A stretch of DNA of 59,304 nucleotides, filler included, from Catajapyx aquilonaris (Eukaryota), in assembly GCA_000934665.2 (NCBI GenBank). It is 2 parts of 2 records of this genome, joined end to end, with 100 filler letters (N's around TTAATTAATTAA, not from the genome) between each part and the next. Parts side by side here need not be neighbours in the genome. Positions count along the whole stretch, not along the records: positions 29,736 to 59,304 come from JYFJ02004771.1; 1 more part is not named here. One strand, given 5' to 3'. Shown here in pieces: positions 48,493 to 59,304 of the stretch. The first letter of the stretch is position 1, and each line of letters opens with the position of its first letter. The notes beneath the pieces are model-generated. The model was given only the letters and a program-made list of their open reading frames with translations, made no database searches and was not told the origin of the DNA. The position numbers were made by a program, and so were the translations under genes.

Positions 48493-49428
48493 CAGTAAAA
48501 CTTCCATAAGTCGAACTTCCCTAAGTCGAAGTTCTCCATAAGACAAAGATTTTTTTAAATACCCCGTGATGTCTCTTACGGGATCTACAGGGGGGTGGCA
48601 CACCACCATCAGTTTTCTATATGTTTTTCAACTTCATTCTCCGGTGCAAGGAAACAGGTACATTGGGAAAGGATAAGGATTTTTTGGGGAGGGAACATGG
48701 GTGCAAGTGCAATGTCGGTAAAGGGGTCATGTGCTGTTCCCCAGGAGGTTAGGTTGCCAGACACCTCCTTGGTGCAGGTCAGAGACCCTCCCGACGCAGG
48801 TGAAAGGAAGTTCCCCAGGCGGGGATCGAACCTGGGGCCTTTCACTCAGCAAACCGAGACGTTACCATCTCGGCCATCTACACCTCCCCAAGTTGAAGAA
48901 AATTATGAGCTTGGTTGGTCACAATGTAAAATAATAGGATATAAACTTTCTTAACTCGAATTTTCATAACTCGAAGTGCAGGCAGGGCCTTACCATGGGA
49001 TATCAATGCATTTTCAGTCTCCCTAAGTCGAAGTTCATGTTGGGGAGAAAGGAAAATTTTCTCATTTCCCAGTCGAAGGGTCGACACTAGGTCACGTGTA
49101 CATAAAGGCTCAATTTCCTGATCTCCGCCTACCAGATGTACCGAAAGAAGTCACTTGATTGTGACAATTGAATCATTGAATCTAAGAGTAGGCAAATGTC
49201 CATAACAGAGATTTTTTTACAGTATTTACACCAAAACAACGAGGAACATTGTAAGCGTGATAGTGACAGTTATTTTTAAGTTATGAACCCCTTTCGTCGC
49301 TGGACATAAAGGTAGGCTTCCTTATAGAGTTCTGTGCTTTAAAAAATACAAACTTCTCTAACTCGAATCTTCTATAACGAGAAGTTTTTTCTGGTCCCAT
49401 GGAGATTCGACTTATAGAAGTTTTACTG
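48493..49428. mobile_element. pogo/Tigger-like non-autonomous element interrupted by a SINE
   Basis: TA-CAGTAAAACTTCCATAAGTCGAA ... TTCGACTTATAGAAGTTTTACTG-TA, with internal TAAGTCGAA/TAACTCGAA repeats. Confidence 0.8.
48552..48889 (-). mobile_element. tRNA-derived SINE, family A, nested in the Tigger-like element
   Basis: Reverse complement of the 46180 element (GCTGTTCCCCAGGAGGTTAGGTTGCCAGACACCTCCTTGGTGCAGG...GGGGATCGAACCTGG). Confidence 0.85.
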
Positions 49429-50375
49429 TATTTAATAAGTCTCCGCACATCGTGCTGTGGCCACGGAGCACGATGGCACAAGGCATGTTGGCACAGTCAT
49501 ATAAGGCTAAGGAAGGGCTTATGAAATAATATGACAATCACTTCCACATACATTATTGATTCATATCCATATAGTTGCAAGAGATTACAAAGATATTCAA
49601 AACTTTTTGCTTGCAGGATAACGTAGCGTGTCCTCCCGCTAATAAGGAGCAAGTAACTGGCAACTGGGGAAGGTGCATGGGCCCGACCTAATAAGTCACA
49701 GGGGAGAGGCACTACGCACTCGAGCTTGCCATGGTCTGCCATAGATGCCATGGTCGCCATGGTCCACAAAAGTTGGTAGGGACATGTGCCAACGCGCCCC
49801 ATGCAAACTGTGCCATCATGCCTTGTATGGATTTCTTTACATTTCGAGTTCTCCTGCTCTTGAGTGACAAATATTAAATGGGAATTTATGCTGTCATTTT
49901 GTAGGCAGATATTCTGCCTTGCAAACGCATTATTGGGCTGGGTGATCTAGTTGGAAGAAGAACAAAACCTAATGAAAATTGGAAATTTACTTATGTGGTC
50001 AAAAACCGACAAAATCGGTACTGCCCCCGGCAGTCTTTTGCGATTTAATTGAAAATAGGATGTAATGTGGAGCATGTCTAACTGCACCTACCACATAAGC
50101 ATCAGGTCCGTGAACCTAATGGCCTATTCACAAATTTGACTGTGCCATGGTGCCCCGGATTCCCCTGTGCCCCTATATCAATAATAATCTGGTGCTCAGA
50201 GAAGATGCTGGCACTTGAAAGAAGAAAAAAAATACACATTTTTTTTTACTTTTGAACAATTGTATTTTTTGATTGAAGGTGGATTGAAGGGACTCTTTCA
50301 TCACAACTAATTATAATGCAACAATATTTCCACATCTTGTAAAAAGCAAGAACTGATATCTGGGAGGAATTAGTT

Positions 50376-50622
50376 GAGTGGCTGAGAAGCAAAGTGGTTC
50401 ATGTCGAAATTCGACAATTTTGAGTTGTCGCTTGCATCGCATTTCCCATGCCCAACTCCATTTTGTAACTTGGCCTGAAGACGTTTGTAATATTTGCTAA
50501 TGAAATAATTAAGTTAATGTGACTTACTTTTACATTGGCTGCAATGCAAAGCCTAGAACTTCGCATGCGTTTATCTCAAAACTATCTTTTTCGACATGTA
50601 CCACTTTGCTTCTCAGCCACTC
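50376..50622. mobile_element. Sola-type MITE
   Basis: TIR GAGTGGCTGAGAAGCAAAGTGGT.CATGTCGAAA / TTTCGACATGTACCACTTTGCTTCTCAGCCACTC with a 4-bp TSD AGTT on both sides. Confidence 0.8.
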
Positions 50623-51055
50623 AGTTTATGGGATAAATCCTGCAACAGACGAATCACAAGAATTTTATCTGCTGACTCAAGGAGTCTTGTCCACTGTTAG
50701 GCTGGGCCATATGCACTGTCTGGCATTGCTTACTTTGACAAATGTGTAACCAACTGCATATATCGACATAAAATCTTTGGAGAACCATGCACATTTCTTA
50801 GTGACGAAACTGGCATTTCAAATATTTTGTGCTAATCAATCGACTGAACATGGTGAGACAATTTTATTGCACACATTACACGTTCTTGACAAAATATATG
50901 GAAACTTATAAGCATAAAATGGATATGAGAAGGTATCTCAGACCTTTCCACTTGTAACAGTGACATTCACCATTCCCAATTACCCATAAAATAGGTAACA
51001 TTAATTTTTTACAGATTTGAACTACTTGACTCCCAGTCAACTCTTTTATCTTACT

Positions 51056-51135
51056 ACATACAGTTTATACAGTTATATACAGTTTATACAGTTATATACA
51101 GTTTATACAGTTATATACAGTTTATACAGTTTATG
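51056..51135. repeat. 9-10-bp tandem repeat (TATACAGTT)
   Basis: About 8 copies visible. Confidence 0.9.
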
Positions 51136-51492
51136 CCAACTTTCAAACAACATACCATCAGACCCTGGTGAGATCTAAATAACAAATGATCATGTTTTGA
51201 CAAACATGATTTCTTCAATATCTCACATCACTAGCATCAAAATAATGAAGTGCAACAATTTATTAGTACATTATGCCTCTCTAAAATCAACACGTTCAAA
51301 AAAAATGAGATATTAGTGCCAAGTTGTTCTATCTGCAGTAAGCTACCCGCTCGGAAAGCTCAGATCTTGTGACGTCATTGTTCAGACGGCTCCAGAAACG
51401 TCTCTCACATACTGTTCTATAAGCCGTGTCTGTGTCCCCTTTAGTCACAGACTGTTCTAATGGCAGTAGCCAATGGGTGTTGGCAGCAGAAA

Positions 51493-53770
51493 ATGGCGGA
51501 CGGAGGAGAGGAGCTGTGTCCTGCTGATGACATGAGCGACACTGTAAGGTACGTCATTGCTTCTTAACGAGCTATTCATTACGACTTTCCTTATTCTTAA
51601 ACGCCAGCGCACCTGCAGGTCATACTATCATGCTGTAAAATGAATGCACTGATGGGTGGTGTGTTATGTACATGCGCAAATAGAACACTCTGTGACAGCT
51701 TGAGCTACAATATTATGCGAATGGCCTAACCGGAAAAAAGTAGCTCATTTTGCTAATATGAGGCACTTTTTTTTTACAGTCTAGACTCACTCCCAGATTT
51801 AGAAGACAGTGGTTCTGGAGATGAGTACCGACCATCTCGAGAGGAGTTAGAGCAGACAGATAGCAGCGTTGCTATGCTAGTGACAGCAGGTGAAGATAGC
51901 CTAACACCTAACAGCCGATATTAAATTATTCCAGTGCTCAAATGAACACTCCCAGTATTATCATTGTTATTTTACCTCAAGAGCCTTCCGAAAATACTTC
52001 AAAGCATGCAAAGACCAGGAAACGATTGCGTATAACACTCGTGAATGGAAACAAAACAAGAGGCGAATTCTCCGTCAGGCTGGCAAAGAATACATTGATA
52101 GCACTGGGAAGATCCAACCAGCCAGACATATTGTGCGGTCCATTCAATGCAACACTGGGCTATGCAAATTCCAGTGCAGTGAGAAGGTGTCCGAGGAACA
52201 CCGACAGGATCTCAATAATGCATTTTGGGGAGGGACAGATGATGAAAAGGCACAGTTTTATAGCCGAACGACGGAATACAACCCCAAGAAAAGAGCCAAA
52301 AGTGGTGTATCGCGAAGGCAGTTCTCGTATCGATACTTTTTCGTCATCCTTGGGGAAAGAGTGAGAGTTTGTAAGCAATTCTATCTGGCTACCCTCAACA
52401 TCAGCCAACGCCGTATTTCATATCATCATCAACACAAGAAAGATCCTGCTACAGGTACACCTACGAGAGATGGTCGAGGCCGCCACCCCAATCCTAGGGA
52501 AGTTGCAAACACAGATGTTGACTATGTGAAAACTCACATAGAATCTTTCCAAAAAGTTCCGTCTCATTATTGTCGCTCAAGTTCATCTCGTGAGTACTTA
52601 GACAGTGGACTTAATGTCAACAAAATGCACCAGCTGTACACTGAAAAATGTGCGGAAGAAAACAGGCAGCCAGTTAAGTTACATAAGTACAGACAGATTT
52701 TCCAGGAATGCTATAACTTATCATTCCATGTCCCAAAGAAGGACAGGTGTGACATGTGCAGTGAATGGGAAATGAACAAATCCAGCACAGACCTGCAGGA
52801 GAGGTACAAAGTACACCAAGAGGAGAAGAACTTTGCAAGAGAGGAGAAAATGCGAGACAAAGAAAATGTCGATCCTGAAACCCGACTGGTGTGTTTCGAT
52901 CTGCAAAAAGTTTTCAACCTACCACAGGCAGATGCAGATGTGTCTTCCTTCTATTACAAGCGAAAATTTAGCGTTTACAATCTCACTGTCTGTGATGTTC
53001 ATGACAAGCAAGGTTACTGTTCGCTTTGGAGTGAAACTACCTCCGGAAGAAGTGCTAATGACATTTCCAGTGCCTTAATACGCCTCCTAGATGAAGTCTT
53101 TGAAAAGCACCCAGGAACAAAATCTATTGTATTTCGGTCAGATGCCTGTGTGCCGCAGATTAAGAATTCTATCATGAGCACAGCCATTTTGAGTTGGATG
53201 AAGAGACACCCGGAGGTGACTGACATAACACAGAAGTTTCAAGAGCCTGGACATTCTGCGGTGCAGGAGGTAGACAGTATGCACAGTGTCATGGATAGAA
53301 AACTTAAGCACCAGGAAATCTACAGCCCAGTGTCTCTCCTACGAGCTTTGAAGCGAATGCAGAATAAAAAACCTTACGTTGTCGTGCAGATGAAGAATGA
53401 CATGTTCCACAATCACCAGGCCATTGCAAAACAGATGTTTGCTCTTAAAAATCTCCCCTACAACATGGCCAAGCAGATTAGATATTCAAGTAAAGCAGAT
53501 CAGAATGTGCTAACCTACAAAATCAGCCATGCACCTGACGCCATCGAAAATAATGTATTCTTCGGCAAGGTCAGTGGCAATCGAGGTGAACGCAAACAAC
53601 GTCCCATGAAGAAGGAACTTAAGTGGAATGACATCCACCTGCCCTCGCCAAAGATGTTGCCTCCAGTGACAGTGACCAAGGAGAAGGAGGTGGACATACG
53701 ATCAATGTTCAAATTTATGCCTGAGGTGGACAGAGATTACTATTGTGCAGTGTTCCGTACAAAGAAGTGA
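51493..53770 (+). mobile_element. Sola(1)-type DNA transposase, intron-containing, 5' part frameshifted
   Basis: Motifs WKQNKRRILRQAGKEY, RVCKQFYLATL, DGRGRH, SHYCR..REYL, FHVPKKDRCDMC, CFDLQK, FYYKRKFSVYNLT, WSE..GRSANDISSAL, SDAC..QIKN and GHS...DSMHS. There is an acidic spliced N-terminus (51493-51548, 51780 onward) and a frameshift near 52030. A probable right terminus lies at about 54130-54184; the left TIR was not found. Confidence 0.8.
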
Positions 53771-54169
53771 GTTTTTTTTCAAAATGCGAGTTGTTAGTAT
53801 TCACCTTAACTATCCAGATGTCTCAGAAATATGAAAAAAACATTTGTAAGTTCAGATGGCCTGTTACATTTAAGAATAAAGATGTAACCTGCAACATCGC
53901 ATATTTCATTTTTGCAGATATAACAGTGTCCTTATACTTGAGTACGAACGGGTGAGTGGCATTGTTCTATCTGCTTCTGCAAATATTCCAGTTTGACCTT
54001 GTTGTGACCTTCAGGATGATGTTTCATATCTCTGCCAGGTGAGTTCGTTCTGCATTACCACAGGACCAGAAGAAATTTGGTATTGGCATTCATATTACCT
54101 GCACAGAATGTTGTGAAACTTCAACTCCAATTATCTCAAAACAGCTCTTCAGACACTTAGGACAGTCTG

Positions 54170-57100
54170 TTACTGATGCGACGTGATAACCTCACGATAT
54201 ATATCCCACCCCTGCTTCTCAATCACAATGAACACTTTATCCTGAGGCCTATGTCTAGGCCTTATTCTACTGGTTACAGTGGCAGGCTTGCCACAAGACA
54301 TGATATCTGAGAGCTCTAAACAAATCTCTTCACCAAATTGCAACTCATTTACCTCAAAGTAACTAATGTGGGAACTGAGCATGTTCTGCTTCAAAAGATC
54401 TTTTAGAATACCTGTAAGAATTGAAACACCTTTTACTTTCACATACTCCAGCTTGGGAGAGGTGAGAAGCATGTTTAGGTTATTGCACGTAACTTGACAG
54501 GTGCCTTGTCTACACTTGTCCTCAAATTCTGTAATGTTCAACTTCCTCAAATTCTGAAATTGTTCACTGATTGAACGTGCATTATGGAATGAACATAAGT
54601 AGGAGTTCTTAGTCAATGTCAGCTCCTGCAAATTTGGACATGCCAACCTAAAGTAATTCAATGACACTTTATATAGTCCATCAAGTTCGAGAACTGTCAA
54701 TCCCTGCCCACAATCCCTTGCAAAATGAAGCAAATTCATTATGGGATAATCAGGTTGTCTGTCACAAACAATTTTCAACTCTTTCAAGTTGTCCAATGCT
54801 GCCTTGGTATGATTGCACGATTTATATGATCTTATATGAGGAAAGGCGGTCAAGGTCACCTTGTATATACTAGGGTACCACTCAAGGCACTTAGTCAACA
54901 CATCACAGCTTTGCTCTAGCAGATACATTTCTGTGGGTTTTATGCAGAGTCTTCCGCCCATTGAGTACAACACCTCTGCAGTGGTTTTATGCTGAAGACT
55001 CTGGATCTTAGGCAAGTTACTGAAAAGCGTGCAGATTCCATTTTTTGTAACACCAGTTCCCATGAGATCTATAACTTGCAAGTTCTTGCAAAATCCTGAG
55101 TCCACCTCACTTGCTCTGTGTGGGACACACAATGACTTCACACCATCATCAGTAACATTGGCACATCCGGACACATCGAGGATGGTCAGCAATGGTGTAT
55201 AAACTCCCAACTTTGCTAAAACTTCATCGTTGATTCCACAGCAACTGAGATAAAGTCCTTCAAGGTTCTTCAACAGGGGAACAGTTTTTAGTAGGATTTG
55301 GCTTAGGTTTCCAGTTTTAGACAAGTTCAGGATTCGCAGATTCTACGGGAGAAGAAAAAAGGTGGCTGTTAAGTCACGTTTCACAGACTACCTTCCTTAT
55401 AGTCTGGCTGAACACAGTGCCCACCCTCCACCTCGACCGCCCTTAAGCAGTTGAAATCCGCCTCCTAGAGTCCACTTTGACTCCTTATCCCCTGAGCGAA
55501 TTAGACTTCACCAGTAAAACTAATTTTAAAATATCCAACATGCTGATCACACAATGGACACTAAAACAGTGGGTGGTACTTTGAGAACCACTGCTCTACG
55601 TTACGGTTCCACTGGAGTTCCTCTAGCGTCCAGTTGCACAAATAAGAGGCTTAACACCTGTCATTTCACTCCATATGTGTGTGGCACCTTTGCTCGCGTA
55701 CAACACAGGACAATAATGTGGGCTAATGTGGCACCAGATATTTTAATTGACCCTTTGACGGGGGGGTTTTGTGGGCGTTTTTTTTCTTCTTCCCTCAACC
55801 AAAATTTGTAGTAGTAGTGGTGATGTTAATGATGAAAAACAGTATGCTCCAACATTTCTAATTTTAACTCGTGGTGGTCCTTTTCAATGTAAAATGCCAG
55901 AAAAATTCATCTGCAGGGTGTTCAAGAAAAAATAATTTAAAGTGCAATTGAGGCGCTTAGAACAAAAGTGGGCCAAGTCCAATAATGCAATTTTCGATAT
56001 AGGACTGCCATCACATTCAGAGAACTACTCCAAGCTGGATTTTAAAAAATGGTATAAGTCCTAAGTTGGATATTTGGGCAGTAAATGACATTATGTCATT
56101 TATGCTCCAAGGAGAGTTGCCTACCCCTTGGAGCAATTCTGGTGTAAGTCCCATACCAGCGGGTTAAAGATGGCCGACGAAGATCTAAGAGATATTTCTG
56201 GGGGCATCTCTACAGACACATATTGTTGTGTATGGCAAATAATAAGTGTATGGCTGTCAGTTTTGCCATGTTTTTAAAAAAATAATTAAATTTTTTTTAA
56301 AGGATAAGGCACCATCCTTATGGGAAATGGCTTTCGGTTAAATTCTCCCAATTTTTTATATGTTGTAGAAAATAATATGGTGATCAATTCTTAACATTGC
56401 GCCAAGACCTGAAAATCATCAGGTCACCATCGGGTCAACGGTCAGCCTATGGTTATTCCCTCATAAGGCCCACCAAATGCAGTACCAATGGAACGGGCGT
56501 GATTAGCTGGTTCTGAAAAACCCCACATGTTGACCCCTCCCCTGCGACCTACATGTCAGGCGCTACTTCGGGTGAAAGATACAAAATATCGGTCCCTCAA
56601 TTGGCCCATCTACTGTATCTATGACATGCAAAAAGATTGTCGTCACTGTTTATGTGCTTCTGTGTTTATGTGTTGGCCATCCTGGGCGCTGCCAGGTTAC
56701 CGTGGTTGTTTATTTGGCCATATTTCGGAATCCGCAACACCATGATCACCGGTCGCGGTCGCGGTCCCTTGGCCCCACGGTCCGGGTCTGGGGAGGTGCA
56801 TTGCGTTGCGTTATCTGGTGAAGGTGAAACGGTGTGTATTTGGGGGTGATGACGGGGAAGGGGGGACGGGAGGGGCGGATGAGGCAGTGGCCACGACACG
56901 GGCAACATTCCCCCGGGGCGTCAAGGCAATAACTATATAAATAATGCACTTTTTCCAACTTTTCGGGGGGGAAATAACATTTTCGCTTGATCTGCTGCCA
57001 TCCGGGTTCAAGTGACCCTACCAACCACCAAAATATACGTTCCTATAATGAATTTTTCGCCTCTTTCTAGTACATGCCAATTGTCTCTAATTGCAACAGG

Positions 57101-57993
57101 AAAAGGGGTTCAAACGTGTTGGGCCGTTGGCTTTTTTTGGTGATTGTCCGGTCGGGAACATTTACTATTACGAATCGTACGATCATCGCGACTTGAAAAA
57201 TTCTACCGAATGTAGGCTTAGAAAATATAGCGTGACATGGCGAGGGGGAAATACAAGTACTGTCGGGTGCGCAAGGAAGGGGCATTTTCTGGCGGATTCC
57301 GGGTCCCTCGTTCATCTGTAGCATCTGGTAGCATTTATTTGCATGTCGTCTTTCACACTTTTGCAATTATTGCCTTCTACTACTCTAGCCTTCTTGGTTT
57401 TTACCTGACACCTTTCGGACGCAAATTCCAGCACAAAGTGTGGGTTCTCAGCAGCACCTCTTGGCATGTCAACCACAGTGAGGCGGGGGATAAGCAGGCC
57501 CTGGACATGAGCCCGCTTCATCGGCAGCCGCCGAAACTGCAGGCGCTCTATGATGTCGTGCACATAGAGCGGTGCTGAAACAACATCACTAATACAGTCA
57601 TATGTTCCCGATTCAACCACATGCTTTTACACATTAAGGGCCGTTTTCTCGAACACTGGTTCAAATGTAAACCCGGTTCAAAGCCGATTTAAACCCTTGA
57701 CAACAACCTAACAACAATCAAATCAGGGATTAAACTGGCTTTGAACCTGGTTTACATTTGAACCACTGTTCGAGAAAGCGGCCCTAAGGCACACATTTAA
57801 GGACCACTCCTGGAACGTGTAATCTTCCCCCACGAACCCAGCAGTTATACTTACGAATACTGCGGAATGGGCTCTCCGGAAACACCCCATGTTCTAAGAA
57901 GAAGTCCACCCAGTCCGGACAGAACAGGTTAATGTTATCCACGATGCAATTCAGGCTCAGGGCCGTCAGGGGCTTGATGAAGGTCTGGGACAT
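54170..57993 (-). CDS. LRR (AMN1/FBXL-like repeats) protein, ~493 aa, with N-terminal BC-box-like motif; exons 57993-57855, 57574-57405, 55342-54170
   Basis: MSQTFIKPLTALSLNCI...SPFRSI/PPLYVHDIIERL...ERCQ/NLRILNLS...NLEGLYLSCCGINDEVL...LTILDVSGCANVTDDGV...CKNLQVIDLMGTGVT...CPNLQELTL. Introns are GT-AG with matching phases. Confidence 0.85.
57638..57784. mobile_element. PIF/Harbinger-like MITE in an intron of the LRR gene
   Basis: TAA-GGGCCG.TTTCTCGAACA...TGTTCGAGAAAGCGGCCC-TAA. Confidence 0.8.
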
Positions 57994-59304
57994 CCTGATG
58001 GCCTGGACTCCCCAGGGACACCTGCAGTACTGCTAGTGTTCTTCGGAATTAAGTACGTGCTGACTGGTGCTGATCTGGTATGCAACGTGCGAGTACGGAC
58101 CAACTGAGCCTTCCCTGTCCACGACCTGCACGTGTTCGTCGCCGGGTAATAACAATGGCTGTTCTAATGCGCTGTTGCCATGTGTCAAAAGCCACACTTG
58201 AACCACACGCACCTTGGGACATACAGGCACGGAACTGACTCCGGAAAGGCTAATTAACTACACATCCAATAAATACATACATTTATAGAGACTGCTTGGT
58301 ACGGAGAAAAACGGAGTGTTCAGAAGTAGCTGTGACAGGGTAACAACTGGCAACACCGCAAGTATAAATATTTACTGGCAGGGTGATCGAAAGTATTACA
58401 CAAATTATGACCATAAATTTAGGGCAATTGCGCCATGCTCGTTATTAAAATCACACCATTAAAAAGTTTACTCCCCTTTGGCCATCTACCGGTCACCATC
58501 ATGATTACTCACAAGTGGCGACACATGCGGTTGTTTTCTTTCATAGAAATTCACTCAGAATTCACTGCACAACATTTGCCATAAAGCCAGCCCCTGATTA
58601 AATAACAAAAAATTATCTGTGCACACAACAAATTGGGGCCATTCGAAAGAAAGGATCTTACCAACGGGCAATGAGGGTAGTATCCTCAGGAGTATCCTCA
58701 CAGGATACGGATACGGATACGGTCTGCGGATACGGTATGAGTTGCCAGATGAATGCATGCGTATCTAAGTGGTAGGATAAAAAATGGCTGCCTCCATGGC
58801 CATACTCGTGGCCATACCACACAGCAATTGAGTATGACGAAAATGCGCCTCACTTGAATGGTGTGCTGCTATTTACTTACAAATACATACCTCATTTATG
58901 CACCACAACCAAGCCTACCACTCGATGTTATGAACTGATGCAGCTAAAGTACTGAGTAAGGTTGGCACATAATTTGTCGAGCATTAGTAGGCCTAAATGT
59001 ATTGTATAAACTATAAAGCATAGTAGCACAGTATTACATTAATTCCAAATTAATCCATAATATTATGGTCTACTGAGACACATCCTGTTGGCGTCAACGA
59101 TTATGGGGATAGTTGTACAGTATGTAGAACCCCGATTATCTGACTCTTCGGTTCATCCGACCTTCCTGCTCCGGCAATAAATCTGCTTTTTTCATGAAGT
59201 ACTGTAATGTTCTACGCATTCGTTTGTTCTACCGTAGTTAAATTGTAAATACAGTACAATAGAGTGTGTATAAGAGACTCGCTTTGCGAGGCGGGGGGGC
59301 TCCG

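Noticed and set aside
55744..56168. Possible piggyBac-like MITE ending GGGTTAA
   Set aside because: No convincing matching TIR with a TTAA TSD at the other end.

Overview
Eukaryotic (animal, most likely arthropod/crustacean by inference) genomic DNA with short GT-AG introns. The window consists of two contigs joined at 29636-29735 by an artificial N/TTAATTAATTAA/N spacer, so adjacency across that point is unproven. Left contig: a frameshifted ionotropic-receptor (IR) gene, a spliced THAP + P-element-transposase-fragment gene, a complete 8-exon KSR (kinase suppressor of Ras) gene, a BC-box/LRR gene, two more damaged IR copies, and a multi-exon gene that fuses ankyrin repeats to an intact PERK-like eIF2-alpha kinase domain followed by more ankyrin repeats. 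This last gene is the most interesting element, and it carries a perfect 92-bp-arm hairpin in an intron or 3' UTR. Right contig: two tandem, divergent Rpn13/ADRM1 Pru-domain paralogs with novel repeat-bearing tails, a possible small two-TM protein, a degenerate Sola-type transposase, a second BC-box/LRR gene on the minus strand, and many MITEs and tRNA-derived SINEs. No CRISPR array, rRNA or functional tRNA is supported. All family calls come from motif recognition by eye; no database searches were run.
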